In this document: one piece after another, positions 26,894-40,325 of the stretch | How the letters are laid out: the number at the start of each line of letters is the position of its first letter | Position numbering within the stretch: position 1 is the stretch's first letter | Assembly: GCA_964035545.1 (NCBI GenBank) | Contig: OZ037769.1 | Location: 3,639,929 to 3,703,928, forward strand | DNA length: 64,000 nt | Reading direction: 5' to 3' | Origin: Bugula neritina | Lineage: Eukaryota > Animalia > Bryozoa | The notes under the pieces: generated by a model | What the model saw: only the letters and a program-made list of their open reading frames with translations | The model's database searches: none | Told to the model about the DNA's origin: nothing | Program-made: the position numbers and the translations under genes

Positions 26894-27893
26894 ACTGAGC
26901 AACTCAAAGCTGCATAAAAGTGTTTAGATAAAACCAGCTATACAAGTGTTATAGCGCTTTAAAAAATTGTGTTAAGACTAGTCGACATTAAAATTTGTTA
27001 TTTCCGAACATTTTTTGTTTAATATTCATAAAATTAATGAATCAAGATGATCACATTTGTACATGATTGTTATAAATATTGCAATGTAACGTATTGCTCA
27101 CTCTAAAATCTGTGTTAGAATTAATCATGCAATAAATTAGAATTAGTTGAAATATAAATATCCAAAATGTGTTATACATATATGTATTTAGAGTATTTTA
27201 TAGTCCACTTTAATTTCAACAAAAAAAATACTGCAGTAAAAAATAAAATCTAAAACTTTTATTTATTTATTCATACAAAACGAAATTTTGTTTTCATTCT
27301 ACTGCCTGATGAATGTAAATGCATACTGCTAAATGTAAGCATAGACTGTTAAATGTAAGTAAATTTAGATAAATCCAAGTGTACATATATTATATAGGTA
27401 TAGTTGATTGCAAGCTAGATACTACAACTCCTAAGTATATATACTGCTGAGTGTAAGCATATACAGTTGAATCTAAGTTTATAGATAATACTATGTGTAA
27501 ATATATACACAGTGAGTGTAAGTGTATATATACTACTATATGTAGGTATATATACTACAAAGTGTAAGTACGAGGTATATGCAGTTACACCTGTCATCTA
27601 TTGAGAGCCTCATAGGTTATTTAACAAGCCTCATTCTATGATAATATTACATACTCCATTGCTTAGTTATCCTCTCTCAAATTTCAATGAAGAGGAAAAC
27701 TTATTGGAATCTTAAATTACAGTGAATCAGCAAAATTGTGGAATATTGCAAGAGCGCATGCAATACTTTATTGCTTATTGTTTTTACATTATATGTGTGC
27801 TTATTGTATACTGAGTTTGATTCAGCAGTTTCATTAAGGATTTGATGTTTGAATAAATTACTAGCTGCAGAAACATGTGAAATAGATAATACA

Positions 27894-27933
<40 letters not shown>

Positions 27934-27936
27934 CAA

Positions 27937-27983
27937 TCTGTGGACAGCAGCTGTTTCGGGATTTGTCCCCTCATCAGCACAGA
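27937..27983 (-). ncRNA. Minimal type I hammerhead ribozyme
   Basis: Minus strand: UCUGUG-CUGAUGA-G-GGGA(CAAA)UCCC-GAAA-CAG(CUG)CUG-UC-CACAGA. Intact core, 6-bp stem I, stem II, short stem III, GUC cleavage triplet. Confidence 0.88.
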
Positions 27984-28117
27984 ACAGAGTACCATGGCCC
28001 ACACCTTCGCAATAGTAGAAACTTATAGTTTTACTAAAGCATATTTAAAAGGTGTGTAAACCCAAGCCAGAGTGCTCAAGTGACTCTAGGGGTCACCTAG
28101 GAGTCACGAGCATTGCA

Positions 28118-28630
<513 letters not shown>

Positions 28631-29520
28631 ATTATATTATTTCACAACCACATAAATTATATTGTTGTACATTTTAATTTTTTGTCCCGTTACAAGACAA
28701 CAACGCAAACAGAAATTAGTCTTTTGTGAAGCTATATACAGCATATTATGTACAATATTGCGTATAATATTGCTAAGCAAATAATAATCTAATGCTTTCT
28801 AATAGCATTTGTAAGAAGCCCCAGGACTTTTATTTATTACTAAAGTTTGTGGAGTTGAATGTTGAAAGAAAATTGGAAAAAAGCTTGTGTTTGAAAGACT
28901 ATAGATTAAAATTATTTTTGTGTATTTTAAAACTGTCTATTTTATCCGAGGCAAAGTTCAAAAAATTGTAAATTTACCTTCATAGAGTTTATAAAATATT
29001 ATAAACTATATAACATAACTGATGAAGTGTTGAAATAGTTTATGGTATAATAAATAATTGAGTTGGTAAGCATCAAATGAATATGCTATGAATTTGCTGG
29101 GCTTGCTATAATTATTGTGTTTATAAATCTTAGTTATTTCATTAGTTTTATGAAATCGGAAATCCCCCTTCGAATTTCTAATCATGAAGTAACAATCATA
29201 AGATCAGATAACCCTAAACCTATATACACTGATTGCACCAATAATTTATTACAGAGTCTGCATGTATAGTTAGTGACTTGGCCTTAAAAACAACTTATTA
29301 TAGGAGATTTTCATCTTCTGAAACATATTTGAAATTAGTTGACGGTATAATATGTTTTACTATGACATTTTATTGAGAAATAGATAAGATTTTCTATTTT
29401 ACAAATTATATTGTCAAATAGTTAACTATGTCATAATTGTTGCAAAAGCTGCTGTTTTGTGATCATGACAAAACTACCAGTGTGCTAAATTAAAAAGAAA
29501 AAGTTAACATGTGCTATATT

Positions 29521-30040
29521 TTAGCAAAAGCATTTAAGAATAAGACAGACAACTCCTGTTTTAATATCCTTCCATCTTGCATAGTGGCATCTCCAATCAG
29601 TATGCTTGAGCCAAGCTCCATTTTGATACTTCCCACAGTTGCAGTTTCTTACTAAATAATCTCCACTGCAACAAATTTTAGGAATATAGGTTGTTCTAAG
29701 TCAAGCACTCGTTACTTATCTTCCATTGTAATTATGAGGCATTATAGAGGTTGTCATACAACCACATTACAATATAACAGTGCACTATACTATAGTGCAC
29801 TGTTAGAGTTTTCGTACAACATCATATACTATAGTGCACTGTTGTATAGTTGTCATGAAACAAATTATAAGACACTCTAATTTTTTCTTATATATAAATA
29901 TGCACTCACTTTCTAGCAAATGTACAGTCAGATCTTAGATGCTTAGGCTCAATACTAAGAGATTGATGCAAATGCGGGTTTCCAAATGAGTCGAGATCAT
30001 CTGGGTAAAAATGGTGGCACCGCGGACCAGGGTTGGTCAT
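29521..30040 (-). CDS. Gene B2: 91-aa His/Cys-rich protein with two H-x4-C...CxC repeats
   Basis: Exons 30040-29910 and 29665-29521 with a phase-2 intron (GTGAGT...TTGCAG). MTNPGPRCHHFYPDDLDSFGNPHLHQSLSIEPKHLRSDCTFARNGDYLVRNCNCGKYQNGAWLKHTDWRCHYARWKDIKTGVVCLILKCFC. Clear paralogy with B3. Confidence 0.78.
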
Positions 30041-31117
30041 TTCTGAAACAACCAAACAGAGTTTATTAAAAACATCTGCTGCATGTACACAAATATATTT
30101 TTGAAAATTTAAATATTTATCTGATGCACCTTTTTATCACTGTTTGTTTATTATTTATTGTATAATCTATAGCCTATCTAAAGATCATAAGCAGTTAACC
30201 ATAGCATGATTTTTTCAATTCTTCTTTCAAGATTTTTAAGGCAACGATATAAAATATGTATTTAAATATAATTATATTCTAATACGCTAGAGTTGAAAAA
30301 TTGAATAATTTAAAAAAAGTAATTTGCTTCTTGTTAGAATGACAATTGCTGTTTGCTGTGCAAATATAATGTTAACAGTTTTGACTTAGTATACCTTCAA
30401 TAAGATATTAACTACAGTTTGTTACAATTTTAAATTGACGCATGGAATTAAATAAGAAATGATAATCAGAATTTGTACTGAAGCCAAGCACTGACAAAAC
30501 TTCGAAAACATTTTTAAAATGTTATTAAAATTTTAGAGAGTTATAGAGAAAAACAAGTAAAACACTTTTTTAATGTTTTATTAAAATGCTTAGTTTAGCC
30601 ATTGTATTATAGACTTACCACAATTTGCAAGTTGCACTTTATAAGAAGAAATAAACCTATGACCTTTTTATATAACAGCCACTCTTGCTTATGAACCGTG
30701 CCATTATAAGGTAAGTTTATATATAAGAGTAAAAACCTAATCATGCTGATGAAAGCATTATTTAGTATTGCCCTATGCAATCTATTGATTTTGTACTTTC
30801 TTTTGTTGGTGTTATGATTTGGAAATTTTCGACACTAATAAAAAAAAAAATTGCTGTGCTGCTGTGTTAAAAAAATTAATTTTGGAAATCTAGGTTTTGC
30901 ATTAGAATTACAATCTTTTAATCATATTTTAACATCGTATATATCATGATGCTCTCACTTTATGCTCAGAAATGACATTTTGGGATTGAGCACTTTACAA
31001 AACTATTATAGTTGATTGCCAACCCCATTACTCTTAGAGCTTCTTAATGTTATAACGGCGTAAATTTATACACATTTTAATATTTATTCTTTAGTAAAAA
31101 CATAGGTATTTGCTATT

Positions 31118-31182
31118 GGCCATGTTACTCTGTTCTGTGCTGATTAGCGGACAACGCTGAAACAGCTGCTGTTTATTAGATT
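31118..31182 (+). mobile_element. Degenerate second copy of the hammerhead-bearing repeat
   Basis: ggccatgttactctgttctgtgCTGATTAgcggacaacgctGAAAcagctgctgtt matches the reverse complement of about 27935-28000. Core G8 is mutated and stem I is lost. Confidence 0.75.
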
Positions 31183-31186
31183 TAGT

Positions 31187-31271
31187 TCTGTGTGTCTGTG
31201 TGTCTGTGTGTCTGTGTGTCTGTGTGTCTGTGTGTCTGTGTGTCTGTGTGTCTGTGTGTCTGTGTGTCTGT

Positions 31272-31308
<37 letters not shown>

Positions 31309-31345
31309 TGTGTGAGTGTGTGAGTGTGTGAATGTGTGTTTGAGT
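31187..31345. repeat. (TGTGTCTG)n + (TG)n compound microsatellite
   Basis: Direct observation. Confidence 0.97.
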
Positions 31346-31364
31346 GTCATCTAGCTTGGAAAAT

Positions 31365-34300
31365 CATACCAAATGCTAAAGATTCACTATTACATCATCT
31401 AGCTTGGAAAATTGGAATTCCACTTGTAAAATCCTGCTGACTTCATGGAAAGAGCAGTAAGGATTCATTGTTCTAAATTTAGCTGCAAGACAATAGTTAG
31501 ATGCATTTCAACAGACAATGCCATGACTCACGTGTTAAGTTAATCAATTGAACAAGCTTACCAATGAGCTTCATGCGTGTGCCTGCTAAGTAACGTGTTG
31601 TTGATTGAATAGTTAGCCTCAAATATTGTGTAATATTATTACAAAATCCTAGCTTACACAATTTGAAAAAAATATTTTTAAGCAAACCTAATTGAACTAC
31701 AAGTTGTGCTAGAGATATTTAGTCATATGCTCATACTATAGCTCTTATAATAGCAAATAGGTAAACCTTTTAATAAATGTGCTGTAGTATTACACATTGT
31801 ATTTATACACTGTAATGACAGAAATTTATGATACAGCATGCAGCTTGTTAAAACTAAAATTACTTGAATAATATACTTCAGCTATACAAAGACTAATCAC
31901 AAAACTTTTTACAAGACAACTCATTAAAACTAAAGTTATTCATATAAACATGAACTTGAATTCATTAAAAACATTAACATTCCAATTTGCTTCTAACACT
32001 TTATGTCACGTAAATTTTCAATCCCAATATAAGAAATGTATCAAAAACTGTAATACTGCATTTACACAAAATATGATATTATACTCCCTCTGCTGACGAA
32101 TATGAGTGTAATGAGTGTAAGTCTATACTGCTAAATGTAAGTATATATACAGATAAATGTAAGTGTATACTATAAATTATAAGTGTATACTATAAACATA
32201 TGTAGTTGTAGCTGTTAGAAAGCCTCTCAGGTATTTGACAAGTTTTGTTTTAGGGACTGCTTATATACCTCACTCCTTAGTTACCTTATCTTGTATGCCA
32301 ATGATGATGAAATGGAAATTTTTTGTAATTCCGTATTCCAGCGAATCAGCAACATTTTAGAACTTTCATGATGTCTGCAATTGGTAATTTATCATATATT
32401 AATTGGTTGTAACTTATGTGTGCTTAACGTATAATACTGATTTCTAGTAGTATTAAAGGACTTGGTGTTTGAATAATGCCTTTGTTACAGAAACATGTTA
32501 AATAGATAATATAGTTAAAGTGAGTATTAGCATTAAAACATAAAGAGATGATGGACTCAGAAACTTTGGGTCTTATAAAAAAACAGTGTATACCGAGAGA
32601 CAATGTACAACATTATCAGATTGCAAAAAAGGCCGGCTTTCCAAATATTGTTATATACTTTTATATACTTTCAGTGCAGTTGCTATTCACACAATTGATA
32701 TGAAATTGCTGGTTTCATGCAAGTCATAAGCTGTACATCTACTAACGAGTTCTAGTTTCATGTGAAGTCATTGAAGCCAATATATTTTATTGTGGCTGAA
32801 AATCGAATGACGAAGACTCAAATTTCACTCTGGGAATTCCTACATCATTGGAAGATTTACTGTACGTAACCAAATATTTACTGTGATAAGCACTCAATGA
32901 CAAAACATCTTTATGTTACAGCTAAATTACAAATAACAACAAAAGTATTTGCATATACAAATTTATACAATATTTATTTATATTTGAGAATTCTATTTAA
33001 TACAATGGGATATATTTTGAACGGTTTTCAATGCTGATCTAGGCAAACATAGAATATATACAGTACTTTATTTTGTTATTGTTGCGAGCGATGAAAGCCA
33101 GAGAAGGCTTTTGTCTCTACTGTAAAAGTGTGCTGATTAGCGCTACTAATTAAAAACATGCAATAATCTTTGAAGCCATTACGGACACGCGGACGTAGTT
33201 ACTTGGCAACTATAGAAGATATACAATACATTACAAGCATCACGGCGCGCGTGGAAATGTTGAGTGGGATTTCCCAGACTCGAATAAAGCTGTAATGTAT
33301 TTTAATAAGGCGCACGCAGGGTGTCCGTATTGCATCATGTAAATACCATTAATTATTGATTTTTGCTAATCTTCCCAAGTTATATGTGAAATTTTATACG
33401 GCTAATATTACAGTTTTACTCTGATAGTTTTACAAGTATAAACTTTTCACACAACTGTCAGTTTACACAACAAGACTATAGTAAAAGGCTCAGTTTTGTT
33501 CTACTTGTTGATAAAAACTTCATTTACTTTCAAACCTATATTATATTCTAATAAAACTATAAAGTATTTTAAGCAAAAAAGCTTATTTATGCAACTACCA
33601 AGGGTTTTAACTAATCTAGCCTCAGTTGAACAAATTACATATTTAAACAAGTTTTATTTTTAGTTACTAAACTTGCAACTTAATACTACAATATCCACCT
33701 ACTAGTCTTACATACTGCTAAAGGTTATAGTCAATGCTCAGTGATATATTATATGCTACACAAGGCAGTTGTATTGTGGCATATCCTATGACTAATGTGC
33801 CAGTTTATTTATATGCACTATTATTAAAAGCAGGTGTGTGAAATAACATTTGTGATAATATTATAATATTATGGCATACTGCTGATGATTTAGTTAAGAA
33901 ATAGCTTGATTGCATAATATGTAAACTAATCTATATTGAGAAACTGCTGTTCCAAAGAACAATCTAACGGAAACTGTTTTAAAGCGATTCTCACTATAAT
34001 ATAATATACAAGTAGCTTTCCATATAAATTGATTGTAAACCAGTGCAAAAAGGCGTATACTTTTATAATGTCACACATTTGAAGCTTAGAAATTTAGAAA
34101 TATAGAAAAAATTAGCATTGTTATACAGTTTAACATTTCTTAAACATTTTTAAAGAGAACAAAGTTACTGCTGCACAAATTCAAAGTCACATGAATACAT
34201 ATTTTTATTGAATATAAGTTTAAATAAAGTAAATTGCAGTAGTCATATAGTAATGAAAATAATAAAATGTAGCAAATTATTATTTAAAATCAAGATTAAA

Positions 34301-37300
34301 AAGTTGCATACATTTGAAGGTCTAGTAGTGTACTTTAGGTATTGTATAAACTGAAGATCATATTGTTAAAACAACTTTGAGTTGTTATTACTTGCTTCAA
34401 CTTGGAAAGTTGGAATTCCATTTTGGAAAGAAAATTGCACAATCATTAGATGAAAGAAGTTGCTAACAAAAAGTTTTACACCTTTGATGACTCATTTACT
34501 GCTAGTGATTAGCCATCTTTGGGAACGTAAATGGCAGGCAGTAACAGTAGATTATAATTGCTTAGAGATAAAATATATTTCTAGATGTAAGCAAACCAAT
34601 AGTACATGAACTATATGCACATGTGTTGTCAACTAAACTACATTATAGCTTCAGTAGTTATAGCTTTTTTAGGTTTAAGTTTGATATCGATTTTGAAAAT
34701 CTTTTCAAAAGATATTTTGCACTTTGAATTAAAGCATGAAAGTAACCTATTATAGCAACTGAGATATGATGCAATGTAATGCATTCTCTAAATTTGAAAA
34801 GAATTTATATATACTGCTTAACTATAAAACAAACATTTTTCTCAATTAAAAGAAGTTTGATTTTGAAATCAGAAATATTATTATACTGTGAATACAATGA
34901 ATACTGTGTTCAAAGTTGTATATATATACACAAGTGTTAATTGAAACTGCTCTGAATATATGGAGGAATAACATATAGCACATGCCAGTTATAGCAGTAA
35001 AAATTGAACTATACCTCTAGCTAGCATAGTATTACTAGTATAAAACCATACCAAATGCTAAAGATTCACTATTACATCATCTGGCTTGGAAAATTGGAAT
35101 TCCACTGGAACTATCCACTGACCTCATGGAAAGAGCAGCAGTATTTGTATTTCTAAATTTAGCTGCAAGACAATAGGTTGATGCATTTTAACAGGCAATA
35201 TTTGTGACTCACACGTTAACTTAATCAATTGAACAAGCTTATCAATTAGCTCCATGTATGCTTGCCAAGTAACATGTTATTGATTAAATCTTCAGCCTCA
35301 AATATTGCGTAATATTATTACAAAATCCTCGTACAATTTGAAAACTTATTTCTAAACAAACCTAATGGAACTACACGCTGTGCTAGAAATATTTAGTCAT
35401 ACGATCATAGCTTTTATGATAGTAACTAAGTATAAGAGCTTTAATAAATTTGCTATAGCATTACGCATTGTGTTTACGAACTGTAAAAACAGAAAGTTAC
35501 GATACAGCGCGTTATAGTTTGTTGAAACTGAAACTGCCTGAATGATCGCAACAGACTTCCGCTACAAAGACTAATCACAAAACTTTTTAAAAGATGACTC
35601 ATTAAAACTAGAGTTATTCATATAAATAACCTGAAGTCATTAAAAGTAGTAACATATGCCAAGTTGTTTTTAACACTCTCTGTCACGTCAGTTTGTGACT
35701 ATAGAAGCAAACATTCCAATAACAAATGTATCAAAGGCTCCAAGTCCTGCATTTACACATAACATGATATATTATACTCCCTCTGCTGATGAATATGAAT
35801 GTAATGAGTGTAAGTGTATACTACTAAATGTAAGTATATATACAGATAAATGTAAGTGTATACTATCAAGTATAAGTGTATACTGCTGAAGCATTATACC
35901 TACTATAAACATATGCAGTTGTAGCTGTTAGAAAGCCTCTCAGGTATTTGACGAGTTTTGTTTTAGGAACTGCTTATATACCTCACTCCTTAGTTACCTT
36001 ATCTTGTATGCCAATGATGATAAAGTGGAAAATTTTTGTAATTCTGTATTCCAGTGAATCAGCAAAATTCTAGTTTGAAGGACTTGATGTTTGAATAATG
36101 CTTTTGTTACAGAAACATGTTAAATACATAATATAGTTAAATTGAGTATTAACATTAAAACATAAAGAGATGATGGACTCATATACTTTGGGTCTTCCAT
36201 AAAAAAGAGTGTAGACAATGTACAACAATATCAGATTGCAAAAACAGGACAGCTTTCCAAGTATTGTTATATACTGTTATATACTTTCAGTGAAGTTGCT
36301 ATTCACAAAATTGATATGAAATTGCTGTTTCTATGCAAGTCATATAAGCTTTACATTTACTAACGAGTTCTAGTTTCAGTTTTAGCCACAATAAAATAAT
36401 ATTTTATTGTGGCTAAAAATCGAATGACAAGACTCAAATTTCCTTCTGGGAATTCCAACATTATTGAAAAACTTACTGTATGCAACCAAATACTTACTGT
36501 GAAAAGCACTCTATAACAAAAAAAATTGTATGTTACTGATAAATTACAAATAACAGCAAAAGTATTTGCATATACATATTTATACAATATTTATTCATAT
36601 TTAAAAACTTTATCTAATAAAATAGGGTAAATTTTGAACGGTTTTCCATATTGATCTAGGCAAAAATAGAATATATACTGTACTCTATTATACTACTTGC
36701 GGGCCGCGAAGGCCAGAGCAGGCTTTGCCTCTACTGTAAAAGTGTGCTGATTAGCGCGACTAATTGTAAACATACGTAATCTTTAGAGCCATTACGGTTA
36801 TGCAGTGAATAATTGGCGTATTTACTTGGCAACTATAGAAGATATACAATACATTACAAGCATCACGGCGCGCGTGGAAATGTTAAGTGGGATTTCCCAG
36901 ACTCCAATAAAGCTGTAATGTATTTTAATAAGGCGCACGCAGAACGCTGTATTGCATCATGTAAATACCATTAATTATAAATTTTTCCTAATCTTCCCAA
37001 GTTATATGTGAAATTTTATACCACTAATATTCCAGTTTCATTCTGATAATTTTACAAGTATAAACTTTTTTCACAATAACTGTCAGCTTAAACAACAAGA
37101 CTATAGTAAAAGGCTCAGTTTTGTTCTACTAATAATTGTTAAAAATAACTTCATTTACCTCCAAACCTATATTATATTCCAATATAACTATAAAATATAT
37201 TAAGCAAAAAACAGCTTATTTATGCAGCTACCAGGGGTCTTAACTAATCTAGCCTTGGTTGAACAAATTATAGACTTGAACAAGTTTTATTTTTAGTTAC

Positions 37301-38109
37301 TAAATGTGCAACTTAATCACTACAATATCCCCCTACTAGTTTTACATACTGCTAAAGGTTATAGTCAATGCTCAGTGATATATTATATGCTACAGAAGGC
37401 AGTTGTATCGTGGCATATCCTATGACTAAGGTGCCATTCTATAAACAAGTGTATGAAATAACATTTTCAATATAATGTAATGTTGGCATATTGATTCAGT
37501 CGAATGATTTAGTTAAGAAATAGCTTGATTGCATAATATGTAAACTAATCTATATTGAGAAACTGCTGCTCAAAAGAGCAATCTAACGGAAACTGTTTTA
37601 GAGCAGTTTTCACTATAATATATAAGTAGCTTTCCACAAATTGATTGTAAACCAGTGCAAAAAGGCATATACTTATGTAATGTCACATAATTATTTAAAA
37701 ATATAGAAAATATAGCATTGTTTTACAGCTTAACATCTTTTAAACATTTTTAGAGGGATCAAAATTACTGCTGCACAAGTTCAAAGCCAATTGAAGAAAT
37801 ATTTTTTTTAATATAGGTTTAAATAAAGTAAATTACATTAGAGATAAAGAAAATAATAAAATGCAACAAATTATCATTTTTAATCAAGTTGCGTACATGT
37901 GAAGGTCTAGTAGTCTTCTTTAGGTATTATATGAACTGAAGATCGTATTGTTAAAACAACTTTGAGTTGTTATTACTTGCTTCAACTTGGAAAGTTGGAA
38001 TTCCACCATGAATCGTGGAAAGAAAATTGCACAATCATTAGATGAAAGAAGTTGCTAACGAAAAGTTTTAAATCTTTGATGACTCATTTAGTGCTAGTGA
38101 TTAGCCATC
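31365..38109 (+). repeat. Tandem duplication of an apparently non-coding 3.1 kb block (31365-34517 vs 35047-38109)
   Basis: Both copies begin cataccaaatgctaaagattcactattacatcatct and end tagtgattagccatc. Older, more diverged partial copies at about 24245-24470 and 26300-27890 share ggaaagagcagtag and downstream blocks. Confidence 0.92.
33266..33275. promoter_or_regulatory. Consensus kappaB site GGGATTTCCC (second copy at 36889-36898)
   Basis: Exact match to GGGRNWYYCC within a CpG-rich patch retained in both duplicate copies. Motif match only. Confidence 0.3.
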
Positions 38110-39542
38110 ACCCACACAGAGAAGTATGATAATAAATTGTATATGTATATTTGTAATCTAAACTACATGATGGCAAAATGCGCTGGAGTTTGAGATTTTA
38201 TCTAGGTGATGCTCAACAAGTAATTTTCAACACTTTTCAGCATGTATAGCTCTACGCCTGTCATCCTACATAAGCAAGGCTATACAAGATACATCTGACT
38301 GTCCATATACTCACTCAATTATGTAGTCATTATTACAACAATTACAATAGATATGGATCTATAAGACACAGTTAAATTTCTGTCCCACCCTGCAGTAATG
38401 GTTATGATGTTAGTATAGGTAACCCCAGCTACCATTTTTGATACATTTTGAACTTTAGAATGACTAATTTTCGGCAGCTAATCTTTTTGTCTTAAACAGC
38501 CGCTTAGTCAAAAACCACTATTTACTATTTTCATCTTGTTTACCTTTTAGCGCTATCTTAGCTAATATAATCAACTGGAAAAAGCAAACGCTTTTATATT
38601 TAGCTTTGCTAGAATATGATACAATATGATATGAGCCTCACATTCACGCGTTTCCATGACTGCTCATTATTCAAATGGATACCCGTAAAGATTAGTAATT
38701 GTGGTTTGCACTAACTTATAGTCGGGTTTTATTCGGTGTAACTATTCCCTTTAGCCAAATGAAAAAATTCATTCGCCTAATGCAATAATGGAAACGTAGT
38801 GATTATTCATAGCTAATCTATTTGTCTTAAACAGCTGTTTATAGTCAAACATAATCAATGTAAATAAAGAAATGCTTGCTTAAATTTAGCTTATCTAGAA
38901 TGACTGTTTAGTCCCATATTAAAGGTTATTTCACAATATTTTTCAACAGCAACAAACACACAATAATAATGACAGTTTATGGTTCTCATATATCGTGCAA
39001 TTATTGAAGTTAAAACAGAATAGGTAAAATAAGTTAATAATTTGCACTATTGTAATGGTATATTATTATGGTAATATTTTAGCAATGAACCATTATCAAA
39101 GCTGTACTATATAAGAGTAATACAGGAATAAGTCTTATATTCCTTACAACTATAAATGATTAATATATCAAGGCTTGAAATAGAAGATATACAGTACATG
39201 CTTGCTCACCATTTTTTATTTCAGAAAATTCTTTGAAATTTTAAACTTCGAAGTGAAATAACTTGCTCCTATCAGTTATTCATTTGGTTAATATGTTGTA
39301 GTTATTGTTACTTAAAATTATCACATTCAACATCCACAGAACAAAGCACAATTTGTTTGATTTTTTAAAACAAACATAGTTTTGCATAGGTACACAATTA
39401 AATAATTAAAACAGTATATTATTTCAAGCATTGCAATTAGAATTAGTTATAGGAGGGATTGAATGAATATTTTATTTTATTCAATAAAACAAAACAGTTC
39501 AAATAAAATTTTGTATTTGTTGTTACACAAAAAAGCTTTAAT

Positions 39543-40325
39543 TTAAAGACAAGAACACTTAAAAACAAGATAAATTTTTGAAGTTTTTTGGTCTTTTTTT
39601 CTAGCATAGTGACAAATGAGGTTCTGGTGTATAATCGAACTTTCACTACGACGTCCAACTTTTTCACAGTAGCAATAACGAATCAGTTTGCATCCTCTAA
39701 AATTGCAATGCATGTGTGTTATCATAATACACTTTCAAACTATATTTACAAAGTATAATATAAGCTATAACTAATCTTGTAGCTTATACTGTATATAGTT
39801 CATAAAATGAAAAAAATGACTTTAAAGTTGGCAATACTCTTTTACCCTGAAGGAATTATGCGTCTCAACAAAATACTAATAATGCATCATGCCAGTATAA
39901 TTGACACCTTGCACTAAAAGCACTATCAAGAGTACTGAAACAGCAATGCACAGTGACACATTGACGCTATATATAGCAGGTGTCAATCTGTCAGGTTTCA
40001 TTTTTTAGTTTATAGCTAGATCTCAAAGCGAACTTTAAATTGTCAATAATTCGATTAAAGAAGAGTTAAAACAAAATACCAACATTAATACTTTTCAACA
40101 TACATATATACAGTAGTTGTTATGAGATTTCATAACAAAATTCATCAGTTAAACTGAGACTATTATGACGCATATTATTTTGATTACGTACTGGCGTACA
40201 TATCGACATCTGACATCCCGATGCTCTTCAATATTCTTGTACGTGCAAAGTGGCTGTTCAATGCCACCCATTGGAGTATCATCATAATGCAGGTGATCAC
40301 GAATTCCTCGATTTGTTCCCGCCAT
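39543..40325 (-). CDS. Gene B3: 95-aa His/Cys-rich protein with two H-x4-C...CxC repeats
   Basis: Exons 40325-40192 and 39696-39543 with a phase-2 intron (GTACGT...TTTTAG). Start context ag|ccATGg. MAGTNRGIRDHLHYDDTPMGGIEQPLCTYKNIEEHRDVRCRYVRQGCKLIRYCYCEKVGRRSESSIIHQNLICHYARKKDQKTSKIYLVFKCSCL. Candidate upstream UTR-exon donors near 40503 and 41654. Confidence 0.78.

Noticed and set aside
29666-29695. Upstream alternative acceptor for B2 adding TTYIPKICCS
   Set aside because: The acceptor at 29665 aligns exactly with the B3 junction. The apparent RTT similarity to B1 is coincidental.
38648-39268. Minus-strand exon pair (ATG|GT near 39210 and a 129-nt exon at 38776-38648), with a similar segment at 24491-24578
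   Set aside because: Two in-frame stops here, stops in all frames of the 24.5 kb copy, and no recognisable product. At most a decayed gene or UTR exons.
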